64,000 bases of DNA from a candidate division LCP-89 bacterium B3_LCP (GTDB lineage: Bacteria > Electryoneota > B3-LCP), in assembly GCA_005223185.1 (NCBI GenBank), contig NJBN01000005.1:29091-93090 (forward strand). The letters run 5' to 3'. Of this stretch, positions 25,981 to 35,962 are shown piece by piece. A program made the translations under genes and the position numbers. The notes under the pieces were generated by a model. The model worked only from the letters and a program-made list of their open reading frames with translations, was not told the origin of the DNA and made no database searches. Each line of letters starts with the position of its first letter. Within the stretch, counting starts at the first letter, position 1.

Positions 25981-27279
25981 TTAACTAAACCAATTTCGAA
26001 CTATGGAATTCATCTTAGCGATGCGATGACTATATGTATGTTCCTGCAGGACTCTCTCGCGACCAGCATCAATGACAGCCTGACGTGCAGTGGGGTTCTT
26101 TTTATAGAACCTCCATTTTTCCTTAAATTCAATGGTGGAATTGAAGGTAACGATTTCCTTTTCGAGTTCGAACTGTCCCTGGATCGATCTCTGTTGGTCG
26201 GTAATAACGAATCCTCCGGCGGCAGGCACGTCGTAGCAGCGCTGATTTAGGGCTGTGGGCATTTGCATACTGGTTAAATTGAGCACGGCGCCTGCATCCC
26301 GATAGACATTGGGAAGCTTTCGATAGTAATCAACAGGCGGTAATACGCTGGTTTTGCCGTTTAAAATCTTCTTCCATCCTTCATCACCGTAAACCTGAAG
26401 AGTATCAATTTCATCAGACCCGGTTAAATCTCTTAAGAAATTATGACGTTGCTGTCGCGTTGCCATCAGGACGAGCGCTGATTCTAAATTCAGGTCGTTC
26501 AATTGATCGCTTTGCGAATCAGCAGCAGGAGAACATTCCGCAATATCGTATCCCATACCCTGGGCTATCTCAGAATATATTTCCCAGGGTGCATTGTTTC
26601 TTTGGAAAGATTCAGACAGGGCAGTCTGACAGAACCTGGTTGTAAGTTCGGCTGCTAAAGCACCATCAGGATTGGTTGAATCGGGCATCAGATGCTGGGG
26701 CAGTTTGCTGAAGGCTTTTACAACTGCAAAGTCCATAGAATCACCCACGAAAACGACTGAATCGGGATTCGATGAATGATCAGTTACCGCCGAATAGGTG
26801 CCGCCCAAATGGCAAAATGTATCAGGGTCTGTGGCTAAGGGCAATGTCTCTATTTTTTTATAGCCCATCTGTCTCAACCAGGATTCGTAAGCTGCTTCCC
26901 AGAGAAAGATACCAATATTGTCGGAAACGTTCGCTAAATGGTTCAACAGGATGTAGCGGGGGCTGTCAACATACCATACTATCCCCGGTAAACTCAACGC
27001 TTCCAGCAGTTCGGTCAAACGCCCATTCTGATCGAAACCCAAATGATTGATGGTTAAGAGAAAATCCGGTCTTTCAGCCTCATAAGCATCTATTATTTGG
27101 TTTAAGAACAGAGAATACAGCCTGGGATTGTACCCGCTTTCGCCAACGTCATTCAAAGGAATGGTAACTGCACGGCAGCCTTGAGCTTGTAGAGCGCGTT
27201 TGACCTCTTTAATGAGGAAATAACCTGAGTCGATCAGTAGAATACAGCTATTATTGCGGTTATCGCTCTTAGTTAACAC
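25981..27279 (-). CDS. CgeB-like (DUF3880 + GT-B) glycosyltransferase
   Basis: WYVDSP, LPLATDP, LNLTS, LNQRCYDVPAAGGFVITD, EHTYSHR. Confidence 0.82.
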   Translation of the reverse strand: MLTKSDNRNNSCILLIDSGYFLIKEVKRALQAQGCRAVTIPLNDVGESGYNPRLYSLFLNQIIDAYEAERPDFLLTINHLGFDQNGRLTELLEALSLPGIVWYVDSPRYILLNHLANVSDNIGIFLWEAAYESWLRQMGYKKIETLPLATDPDTFCHLGGTYSAVTDHSSNPDSVVFVGDSMDFAVVKAFSKLPQHLMPDSTNPDGALAAELTTRFCQTALSESFQRNNAPWEIYSEIAQGMGYDIAECSPAADSQSDQLNDLNLESALVLMATRQQRHNFLRDLTGSDEIDTLQVYGDEGWKKILNGKTSVLPPVDYYRKLPNVYRDAGAVLNLTSMQMPTALNQRCYDVPAAGGFVITDQQRSIQGQFELEKEIVTFNSTIEFKEKWRFYKKNPTARQAVIDAGRERVLQEHTYSHRIAKMNSIVRNWFS

Positions 27280-27306
27280 TTATTTTGCTCCATTTGGGAT
27301 CGGCCT

Positions 27307-29088
27307 TCAGGCGACATCCATCGTTTCTTCGTTCTCGATTGACTGCCAGCCAATTTGCTCGAAAAGGGCATGCCAATCCTGTAATCCCTGTTTATATAAT
27401 GAACTGATAGTAAATAGCCTGTGATACAGTTTCTCCGTTTCTATCACCAAACTGATGAAATCATCACCCTGAAGGTTCTGTTTTAAGAAATTGAAGTCGA
27501 GAACTAAGTGATTGACCGGTGGCAGTCTGTACCCGGAAACAGTAATTTCAGCATCGATCTTTCCCAGAGTTTCTCCGAACGTTCTGATAAAATCCGGGTC
27601 ATCATCACCAGCAGACCACAGTTCCTGTAAATCCTGACACTGACGCTGACCATCATCAGCAAGGCTCTGCAGACGCAGGATGGAATCATACGTCGGTTCG
27701 AGTTCCTTCCGGAATATGTCAATATCAGGTTCTGAATAATCTCCAATTAGTGGAATAAAGTCCGTGACATTCAATGAATACGCCAAATCTGACTCTTCAC
27801 CGGAAACCATGAGCACTTTCTGCCAGATCAGGCGTGAACAGAGATTAATGTATTCCACGGCGGTAAGCGCGCGTTTTACCACGGGCTTAAGCATCCACAT
27901 TCCTCGGTCATCAAAATCCGTCCGCCAGATATTTACATCTGCAAAGGTCGATTGGCTTTCGAGAGGCACGTCGGTTTTGCCATTCAGCATGTTTTCTGCA
28001 ATCGTGTAAACCGCTTGTGGGGTCACGGTTTCCTGACAGCGATAACGCTGACATTCCACATGGAAACTGCAGGGGTAACAGGACAGCGACGTTTCCATGA
28101 TGTAATGATTTTTCCCATAAGGTCCGGTTTCATGCGATAAAGCGCTGCCGAAACAGAGCGAGAGTACGGGAGTTCCCACTGCCGCAGCGATATGCTGGGT
28201 ACCGGTATCATTGGTAATTAGCAAGTCCATCTTTTTTATTACTGCGCCCAATACCCCTATACTGGTTTTTCCTGCCAGATTTAGAGTATTATTCCCAAGA
28301 GCGCTGGTTATCTCGTGTGCCAATCCCACTTCGCTCGAAGAGCCGAAGACAGCTATGGAGGCACCGCAGTTTTCCTGAAGCTGTTTGCCTAAATCCACGA
28401 AGCATTCTGCGGGCCAGCGTTTACATGCCAAGGAAGCTCCCGGTTGCAAACCTATCTTGAAACCATTTTCTTTATCCGTCCATTTCTTAAGCAGTGCTTC
28501 AGCGCCATCACTGTTGCGCTGTTGCAGTTTCAGGCTGTAATCCTGAATTGCAAAAGGGTTAAAGCCGGATGATGCAGTGTTTACTTCATTGTCATACGCC
28601 AATCCCTTGTTGATGTCAACCAAATTGAAGCGGTTGTGATGACGATTTAGATTTGCAGTAAAAAAGTACCTCGCCCAGGGGTGCCGGATCAGCCTGTAAC
28701 CTTCGGAACCTAAAGTCAATCCCACGGTTTTTTCAACTCCCAGCAAGTAACATATCAATGCTGATATTTTTGAATGGGAGAGGTTCAAAACTTCATCGAA
28801 TTTTTCTGATCTAAGAGAATCAATAAACGTTTTCGTCTCCTGCAACCTGCGGGGAAGTGAATAAATTGCTTCCTTTGATACTGCAACTGAAGCGTTAAAA
28901 TCAAATGGAATCAGTTTATCGATATAGGGTATATGGCGGCAGATATCCATGTAACCCTTTACTGCTAAGTAAGATATGTGTATATCGGGATCAGCCAACT
29001 TCAGTACATGCAGAAGTGGGGATGACTGGAGAATGTCTCCCATGCGGGTTAGATTGATGACCAGTATTTTCTTTTGCTTTTCTCGCAT
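27307..29088 (-). CDS. GT9 (heptosyltransferase-like) glycosyltransferase with a long C-terminal extension
   Basis: ILVINLTRMGDILQ, KRWPAECF, LITNDTGTQHIAAAVGTP, HETGPYG, CYPC..C..C; 593 aa. Confidence 0.85.
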   Translation of the reverse strand: MREKQKKILVINLTRMGDILQSSPLLHVLKLADPDIHISYLAVKGYMDICRHIPYIDKLIPFDFNASVAVSKEAIYSLPRRLQETKTFIDSLRSEKFDEVLNLSHSKISALICYLLGVEKTVGLTLGSEGYRLIRHPWARYFFTANLNRHHNRFNLVDINKGLAYDNEVNTASSGFNPFAIQDYSLKLQQRNSDGAEALLKKWTDKENGFKIGLQPGASLACKRWPAECFVDLGKQLQENCGASIAVFGSSSEVGLAHEITSALGNNTLNLAGKTSIGVLGAVIKKMDLLITNDTGTQHIAAAVGTPVLSLCFGSALSHETGPYGKNHYIMETSLSCYPCSFHVECQRYRCQETVTPQAVYTIAENMLNGKTDVPLESQSTFADVNIWRTDFDDRGMWMLKPVVKRALTAVEYINLCSRLIWQKVLMVSGEESDLAYSLNVTDFIPLIGDYSEPDIDIFRKELEPTYDSILRLQSLADDGQRQCQDLQELWSAGDDDPDFIRTFGETLGKIDAEITVSGYRLPPVNHLVLDFNFLKQNLQGDDFISLVIETEKLYHRLFTISSLYKQGLQDWHALFEQIGWQSIENEETMDVA

Positions 29089-29116
29089 TTAGCGCTTTTT
29101 ATGTAAGTATCATAAT

Positions 29117-30748
29117 TTATGAGACTTCGCTCATCTGAACAGCGCGCTCCACATGCGCATTTAGAGTGTGATTTATCTGTGATATGGATTTCGTCTTCAT
29201 CAAATTGCCAAGATGTTGTTCTATCAGGTGGAAACGGTGCAAAAGCGTATCCATGGCTGCCAGAATCCTTTCCGGTTGACTTAAGCCCTTCGCTGTATCT
29301 CCGCTCAGGCAGTCCATCATATACAGATCGAGTATTGGCCTCATTTGCGGATACTTGGATAAGAGCACTGGCATCTGAATAGCTATTGAATCCATCTGCT
29401 GATCGCTATTTGCGTGTTGATCATTTTCCAGATTGTTCATGGTCTGTTTTGACAATTCGATGAGTTCATTCTTCACGGGTTCGATCACGGCGTAGAATTC
29501 ATCATAGAATTTCGCGGAAACACGTGGCGCTGTTAATAAATCCGTTGATTCAGGATTGAAGATCAGTTCGATAAGAGAGCGCCATAATAGTCGCTGGGAA
29601 TCGTCAGATTTATACTCACCCTTTAGGTTAAGTTTACCCCTGGCATCGAAATATGCGATCTTCTTGATACAACCATCATGGTGATCTAACCGCGATATAT
29701 TCAGCGCATTCATGCAGGTTTCCGCCACTGCAGTGGGAGTGATACTTCTGTGGCATTTGGGATCAGTGCAGAGGATAGATTCGCTGCAGGGGTGGCAGGG
29801 AAGATCGGGTTCAATTGTGATAGCGCCATCGGAATATGGCGCGGTATCCCAAGCTGAAGCCATGGCTAAATAGATTCCCACGCAGGGTTTACCAAGTGAT
29901 GCTGCCAGATGCAGCGATCCGGAATCATTTCCGACAAAAATATCACATTCATCGATCACGCCAGCCAATTGGACGGGATCCGTCTGACCGCATAAGTTCA
30001 GACAATTACCACCTGAATTACGGGCTATTTCTGATGAAATTTCAGCCTCACTATCAGTACCGAGCAGGACGATACCCGCACCTAACTTCGAAATCAATAA
30101 CTCTATTGTTCCCTTCCAGTTACCAGATGACCAGTGCCGTAAAGGATGATTGGCTCCCACTGCTATAGCGATTTTGGCTCTGCCATCGAAGATGTGAAGT
30201 TTATTCCTGGCATATCGAACGGCTTGCTCAGGGACGTTCGGTTTATGAAAATTCCCCCGTTCTCCTGCAGCAATATCACGCTGGACGTCAACCAGATTGA
30301 AACCGTTACAGCTCCTGGATTCTAAAAGAGTGAAGAAATACCGGCTCCAGAAACCGTGCAGGCAGGAACCGGATTCCCGGTCATCCACTCTGCCAAATAG
30401 TTGGCGCGTATCGACAAAACTACAGAACCTGCTTGAAAAGGATGTGTGGGTTAGATTCACTACCTTGTCGGGTTTTATCTGATCAATTTGCTCGAAAATG
30501 TCTTTGAGGCAACTGAGTCCATCAAGGGACATCCCATTTCTGTCCCGCAGAGTGTCCAGTAAAGCATTACCGTCAAAACCTATCACGCCATCAAGCGCTG
30601 GTGACATTTTTGCTAATTCTTGCAGATCGTTCTGAACGATAGCGTAAACTCCTCCATCTCCTGCTGATCTCTGCAAATCCGAGAATGCCGGGAAGTTCTG
30701 CACTATATCACCAATGCGAGCCAGCGATATCACCAAGACGCCACTCAT
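29117..30748 (-). CDS. GT9 glycosyltransferase with C-terminal extension
   Basis: VLVISLARIGDIVQ, FVGNDSGSLHLAASLGKP, WDTAPYS, CHPC..C..C. Start set at ATG 30748. Confidence 0.85.
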   Translation of the reverse strand: MSGVLVISLARIGDIVQNFPAFSDLQRSAGDGGVYAIVQNDLQELAKMSPALDGVIGFDGNALLDTLRDRNGMSLDGLSCLKDIFEQIDQIKPDKVVNLTHTSFSSRFCSFVDTRQLFGRVDDRESGSCLHGFWSRYFFTLLESRSCNGFNLVDVQRDIAAGERGNFHKPNVPEQAVRYARNKLHIFDGRAKIAIAVGANHPLRHWSSGNWKGTIELLISKLGAGIVLLGTDSEAEISSEIARNSGGNCLNLCGQTDPVQLAGVIDECDIFVGNDSGSLHLAASLGKPCVGIYLAMASAWDTAPYSDGAITIEPDLPCHPCSESILCTDPKCHRSITPTAVAETCMNALNISRLDHHDGCIKKIAYFDARGKLNLKGEYKSDDSQRLLWRSLIELIFNPESTDLLTAPRVSAKFYDEFYAVIEPVKNELIELSKQTMNNLENDQHANSDQQMDSIAIQMPVLLSKYPQMRPILDLYMMDCLSGDTAKGLSQPERILAAMDTLLHRFHLIEQHLGNLMKTKSISQINHTLNAHVERAVQMSEVS

Positions 30749-30749
30749 G

Positions 30750-32585
30750 TTAAAGCACCCCCTTTTCCACACCCCAGCGGCGAAACTCGTTCAGCAGTAG
30801 TATCATCCCTTCTGTTCGGGAGAGCTCACCTTCACCTTTTTCTATTTCGCTGGCAATATCCTCCAGGGTTAGCGGACCCCGATCCTTGAAGCGCTCCATT
30901 ACTCCTGCTAAGGCACTACCGGGTTTCTCTCCAACTATGATCTCTTCGGCAGTAGGCAGACCACCTCCCTGCGGCGTCCAGTGGGGATTCCTACCTGCGA
31001 TAACACCCAGCAGTTCTAACATGCGATGTTCGTAAGTGTGCATTGTCAGGACGCGTTGGCGGGCTCTACCGGCAATTTCGATCCTTTCGTGGGGATTAGC
31101 TAAGTAGTGGACGATTCTTTCTCTACAGTCCTGAATAGAATCGAAAGTGATGATTTCATCTCCGACCTCGAAAGATTCTGATAGATATTGACGGTTGTCA
31201 ACCAGTTGGAAAGCACCACAGGCAGCTATTTCGAATGTGCGCGGATTCAGATAATCTCCGAAGGGATTAATGCCGTCATGATAAGTGGAAGAATGTAGAT
31301 TGACGTTTATTTTGGTAGTATTGAAAATCCTGGTGCTGTCCTCGGTGTTTATTCGTTCACCTTCACGCTGGAGCGCAGTTTTCAGAGTGCCCGGGTTGTC
31401 CCAGTCGTTGCCCCAAATTTTGAAGTCCAGATCCAACAATCCCGCAAAGAAATTGCGCCTGTTGTGATAACCTGCTCCAACATGGGATACATTGCCGCCA
31501 AATTCGGATTCTTCCTCTTGAGTTAGCTGCATGGGATTGTGCACATCAGGATTTGCCGCTAAGGGAAGGTAGTTGGGGAAAGGGCAGCCGTTCTCTTTTA
31601 ATTTTTCAGCGTATTCGCCCTTTTGTATGGCGAAGAAATTTTCCACAAAAGGCACAAGAGCCTTCCAGTATTCCAGAATCTGCAGATCTTCTATGAACCA
31701 GAAGGCGGTTTGTATTCCGGCTTTTTTAAGCTCCCGCAATACTTCCGGCGTCAGAGGCGATTGCGCCATTCCTAAAACCAGATCAGCCTTAATTTCCAGT
31801 GCGCGTGCGGTAACTGATTCGGCTAAAAGCGTTGTCAATCCTGAATCTAAGCGCGACTGGTGATTCTTGTTAGAAGTTAAATCGTTTAGATGCTGCATTC
31901 CGGGGTAGAAGACGCTGTTATCGAGCAGTTCACAGCGGTGCCCAAGTTTGTTCAGTGCATCATGAACATGGTAGCTGATGGGCAAAGACCCACCGTACAG
32001 AGGTGAGACCAACAAGATTTTATACCCACCGCGCTTAGTAGTCCACTGTGCCTTAACAATTCCTTTCAGAGTAATATAGAAATCTGGATATAATGAACTG
32101 GAAGCAGGATGTTCTAAAAAAAAGATTTCATCATTCTGTGAGGCACAATAACGAATGATTCTTTCAAAGGATTGTACTGCGCTTAAGCCGACCAACAGGC
32201 GGACTTTATCCGGCAGAAAGCCTACCGGACGATTCGCCAGAACAGCAGCCGCAAGACCCGGATCCTTTTCAACGATGATCAGGCGTTCTGGAGGAATGAT
32301 TTTCAATAGTTCATCAACGTGATAGCCGAATCCTATCCCGCCCAAAACGTAGGTTTTATTATCATTTGCGTGGAGATCACACGACTCCATCCATTTCTGA
32401 GCTTCTGCAATGGGGTTATAAGTGCTGTGCAGACATTTTTTATTCACCACTGGGATGGCTTCACCTGATTTGGCGGTGCGAATTTCTGGATAACCCGGAT
32501 CGTACGATTGGCGCAGGAGGTCAGCTAAGCGTTCATCAGAAGCTGCGATTTTTTTAAGGTTACCTTCTAAGTTGTTAGAGGGCAT
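30750..32585 (-). CDS. Maf-N-like domain fused to a CgeB-like glycosyltransferase
   Basis: N-terminal LHSTYNPIAEA...GGIGFGYHV...IIVEKD (N-domain of motility-accessory-factor proteins); then AFWFIED, YLPLAA, INVNLHSS, NPRTFEIAACGAFQLVD, HTYEHR. Confidence 0.8.
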   Translation of the reverse strand: MPSNNLEGNLKKIAASDERLADLLRQSYDPGYPEIRTAKSGEAIPVVNKKCLHSTYNPIAEAQKWMESCDLHANDNKTYVLGGIGFGYHVDELLKIIPPERLIIVEKDPGLAAAVLANRPVGFLPDKVRLLVGLSAVQSFERIIRYCASQNDEIFFLEHPASSSLYPDFYITLKGIVKAQWTTKRGGYKILLVSPLYGGSLPISYHVHDALNKLGHRCELLDNSVFYPGMQHLNDLTSNKNHQSRLDSGLTTLLAESVTARALEIKADLVLGMAQSPLTPEVLRELKKAGIQTAFWFIEDLQILEYWKALVPFVENFFAIQKGEYAEKLKENGCPFPNYLPLAANPDVHNPMQLTQEEESEFGGNVSHVGAGYHNRRNFFAGLLDLDFKIWGNDWDNPGTLKTALQREGERINTEDSTRIFNTTKINVNLHSSTYHDGINPFGDYLNPRTFEIAACGAFQLVDNRQYLSESFEVGDEIITFDSIQDCRERIVHYLANPHERIEIAGRARQRVLTMHTYEHRMLELLGVIAGRNPHWTPQGGGLPTAEEIIVGEKPGSALAGVMERFKDRGPLTLEDIASEIEKGEGELSRTEGMILLLNEFRRWGVEKGVL

Positions 32586-32640
32586 GTGAATTTCCTTGTA
32601 GAATCGAACGGAATTTATATCTGTGTTCAGTGATTTTCAT

Positions 32641-34446
32641 CTATGACTGGTTAAAGAGAACTCTTCTCCTTGTGGTGCTATTTTTCGCAATGGCTTCGGG
32701 GCTGAAATCGAAATTACGACTCTGGTTGTGCACGTCGTCAAGTAACAACTGCTTCTCATCATCAGATATGGGTATCTCTTCAATCGCTTCCCATTTAGCT
32801 GGGTCATTTGATTTAGTAAGGAATTGCACCAGCATTTCCATGCCTTCTTTACGGCAGTATGAGCTCAATAGCATCTTGGCGAATTTCAATCGTAGTTCGG
32901 GATTCCAAGGCTGCAATTCGACAGCTTTTCCTAAAACGATAATGGCAAAATCAGGAGAATTGCAACGCTGCAGTAGATCTGCACAATGGGTCAATGCCGT
33001 CCAGGTTTTGGGCGAAACTACAATCGCCATCTGCAAAGCATCGAAGGCATTCCAGCGGCAAGGGTGCGACCCAGAACGGTTGATGCCATTTTCCAGAAGC
33101 CAGCCGGCTTCTTCCATGAGATCTGCTAAATAGAGATAATCTGATGCTAAAAATTCTTCAGTTTTAGCTAACTGACCCAAATAGTCAGGATCATAATCGC
33201 TGATGCGCAGATGATGACAGAGGCTTTGTAGGGCATCGGCGGCAGATTCATAATCCGCCAGCATCTTTTGACACCAGAACATTCCCCAATGTGCTCGCAA
33301 GCAAGAGGGATCACAATCGAGGGCTTTTTTCAGGGATTCCAGCGCGTCTTGAGGTTTGTCATCCTCCATAGCTTGAGCGGCGAGTTCAAAATGGAGATCA
33401 GCCGAATCATTTTTAGATGACGTGGCGTCCAGCAGAAGGCGCACACCTTCATCTTTTAATTTCCCCACGGGTTGATCGGGCCAACGGTTTGCCAACTGCA
33501 GGAAGGATTTGCCAAAATGATAGGATCTGTGGGTATCAACGGTATTATTTATGTCAGGCAAGCACTCCTGGACAATTTGCATGAATTGTTCAGCACGTTT
33601 GTCAATCGTATGCTTTTCCTTTATTATTTTGGCTCCTTCATCGGCAATCTGCTTCCGTTTAGAATCATCATTAAGCAGGGTTTCAACATTTCTTATCAGA
33701 TTTTCCGGTCTGAAGGAAACCAGGTGCTTCCCATCTTTAAAGAATTCCCTCCAGCTACCATCGCTTTCTTCCGTTAAAAGGCAGGTTCCACAAGCCATGA
33801 TCTCCAAAGTGCGCAGATTAAGTCCGGGGAACATGTTTTCGTTCAAGACTATCTTAGACTGGTTGTAGATCGATCGGACTGCATTAGGTGGCAGTGAACG
33901 GTGACCTTCACCATCGAATATTTCCACACTGAAATGCCTCTGTAATTCCTGCAGAAGCCAGCTCCTTTTAGGTCGAACTGCCGGATTAAGTGAACCAACG
34001 AAAGCGATATCATAGAGGGTGTCTTCTTTCTGTGGGTAATACAAATTGTGATCTGCTGCCAGAGGCATCCAGTGGATACGTTCTGATTCCTGCGGATGCA
34101 GCTTACAGATTTCATCCACGACAGCCTTTTGATCCAAAAAAGCCAGATCAAAGCCAAGAGCGAAATCGAACTGCCAGAATTTGTTCATGGGGCTGTCTAT
34201 GCCGAAGAAAACTTTGGGAATCTGGACTCTTTCCAATCCCAACGGTACGGACCGTAAATTCAAAGAATCGGAAAAGAGCAAAATGTCAGGTTTAAAGGGG
34301 CAATGCGACAGAATCTGTTCAATGGTAATGGTATTCAATTCGTACTGAAAATCCGCTAACGTGTCCGGACTGGCGTAGAACAGCTCACAGCCCAAATCGC
34401 GTAGACTTTTTACGAAGTAGGAGTCGTTTACTAATAAGATGCGCAT
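32641..34446 (-). CDS. GT-B (CgeB/Glyco_trans_1_2-like) glycosyltransferase with C-terminal TPR repeats
   Basis: WMPLAAD, DIAFVGS, KIVLNE, NLRTLEIMACGTCLLTE, KHTIDKR, then TPR-like helices (ALESLKKALDCDP, LGKAVELQP). Confidence 0.78.
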   Translation of the reverse strand: MRILLVNDSYFVKSLRDLGCELFYASPDTLADFQYELNTITIEQILSHCPFKPDILLFSDSLNLRSVPLGLERVQIPKVFFGIDSPMNKFWQFDFALGFDLAFLDQKAVVDEICKLHPQESERIHWMPLAADHNLYYPQKEDTLYDIAFVGSLNPAVRPKRSWLLQELQRHFSVEIFDGEGHRSLPPNAVRSIYNQSKIVLNENMFPGLNLRTLEIMACGTCLLTEESDGSWREFFKDGKHLVSFRPENLIRNVETLLNDDSKRKQIADEGAKIIKEKHTIDKRAEQFMQIVQECLPDINNTVDTHRSYHFGKSFLQLANRWPDQPVGKLKDEGVRLLLDATSSKNDSADLHFELAAQAMEDDKPQDALESLKKALDCDPSCLRAHWGMFWCQKMLADYESAADALQSLCHHLRISDYDPDYLGQLAKTEEFLASDYLYLADLMEEAGWLLENGINRSGSHPCRWNAFDALQMAIVVSPKTWTALTHCADLLQRCNSPDFAIIVLGKAVELQPWNPELRLKFAKMLLSSYCRKEGMEMLVQFLTKSNDPAKWEAIEEIPISDDEKQLLLDDVHNQSRNFDFSPEAIAKNSTTRRRVLFNQS

Positions 34447-35924
34447 TTTGCCGCCTCTTTTGGGGTTATCATTTCTCGTCCGCCTATCAAGTCAACGCAA
34501 ATCGGTTCCAGTATCTGGCGGGCTTTTTCTTTGGCTCTGGTCACTTTATCATTGGGGATGGTGCGCGGTAACTGCAGATCAGCAGCAGCCGCTGACCAAC
34601 TTTTTAGAATATTTTTATGAATATCTGATGGTTCGATATCAGGCAAGCCATACATGCGGTTATCCAGCAAATGTGTCGGTTCACTCAAATTAAAGATTGT
34701 TCTGACAATGGTAGTGAAAGCGTCTATTTCCGGCACGGATTTCCGTATTCCCAGCAATTGATAAGACTGACCTTCTTTTGTGCGTTTTGAGCGGAATAAC
34801 TGCAAACCAACACCAAACCGGTAGTCATCTCTTATTGTATCCGATCTGGCGAGGCTGCTCAGCAGTCCGCTTATGCTACCAGAGGCAGCATAGGTAGTCA
34901 GACACTTATAACCACATTGTTCAGCAAGCAAGGCATTGCAGGGATAATCGTTGCAATCAGGCGTCAAGATCAAATGATCATTCCCTAAAGGACCAGTGTC
35001 ATGCAAGCCAGCATCGCCAAAATAGATGCCCAATACTCTGGTTCCAACAGCAGCAGCCCAGTGTAAAGGACCGGTGTCAACTCCTATCACAAGATCCACT
35101 GTTCGGAAGAGCGCCAGTAACTCTGCGGGTGAAAGCTCCCCTACCAAATTAACCACCCTCTCTGCCAGAGGATGCGAAGCATTCAGAAACCTACGCGCTA
35201 ATTCCTTTTCGGCTTTACCACCTACCAAGACACAGTTGGGCCGGATATCCTCTGGGACTCCCTTCCACCAGTTGGCGAAAACTTTGGGATCAATCCGCCG
35301 CGCTTTTCCACCCGAACCCACTATAAACGCCCAGGTCTGCCTCTGGGGATTCATTTCAAATTGGTTAATAAGAGGGATTCTACCTCTTCTCTCTTTCGGT
35401 TCGGACAGACGGTAATCGGTTAATTCAGTCTTTGGACAACCCGCCAGATATCCCCACAGATCACTCAGGTGGATCCGGTTCCATTCGCGGGCTTTAGCGA
35501 TAGCCCGCAGGTAAGACCGCAGGAGAATCAGGCGATGGTTTACCCATCCATACGGATCTTCACTTCTAACTATTGAGGAAATAATATCACAGACCGGATG
35601 ATCGTTCAAGGAAAAGACGGAACAGGATGCAAGATTGGATATTGCCTGGATGTCCGCATGGAGCTTCTGTATTACCTGTGGGACGTTTAGATCTTCTTCA
35701 GTGGCAATTTTCCTCCACAAGCATGTGTCAATCGTATGGACACCGTCAATCCCAGGCAGTTGTTCAGCCCAGTCCTCAACTATATTGTCACAGATCAGAT
35801 TTATTTTAAAATAACTTTTTAGCCTATTAATCAAAGGCAGCATCTGCACTAAATCGCCCAGACGCGCCAATTGGCATATGGTTGTTCGTTCCTGGGAATG
35901 GGCGCTTTGGGACTCTGACATCAT
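34431..35924 (-). CDS. GT9 glycosyltransferase with C-terminal extension
   Basis: ICQLARLGDLVQMLP, VIGVDTGPLHWAAAVGT, HDTGPLG, CNDYPC..C..C; 497 aa. Confidence 0.83.
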   Translation of the reverse strand: MMSESQSAHSQERTTICQLARLGDLVQMLPLINRLKSYFKINLICDNIVEDWAEQLPGIDGVHTIDTCLWRKIATEEDLNVPQVIQKLHADIQAISNLASCSVFSLNDHPVCDIISSIVRSEDPYGWVNHRLILLRSYLRAIAKAREWNRIHLSDLWGYLAGCPKTELTDYRLSEPKERRGRIPLINQFEMNPQRQTWAFIVGSGGKARRIDPKVFANWWKGVPEDIRPNCVLVGGKAEKELARRFLNASHPLAERVVNLVGELSPAELLALFRTVDLVIGVDTGPLHWAAAVGTRVLGIYFGDAGLHDTGPLGNDHLILTPDCNDYPCNALLAEQCGYKCLTTYAASGSISGLLSSLARSDTIRDDYRFGVGLQLFRSKRTKEGQSYQLLGIRKSVPEIDAFTTIVRTIFNLSEPTHLLDNRMYGLPDIEPSDIHKNILKSWSAAAADLQLPRTIPNDKVTRAKEKARQILEPICVDLIGGREMITPKEAAKCASY

Positions 35925-35962
35925 GACAAATCAGTCACTAGAAACCAAATCGGTTTTTTGGA

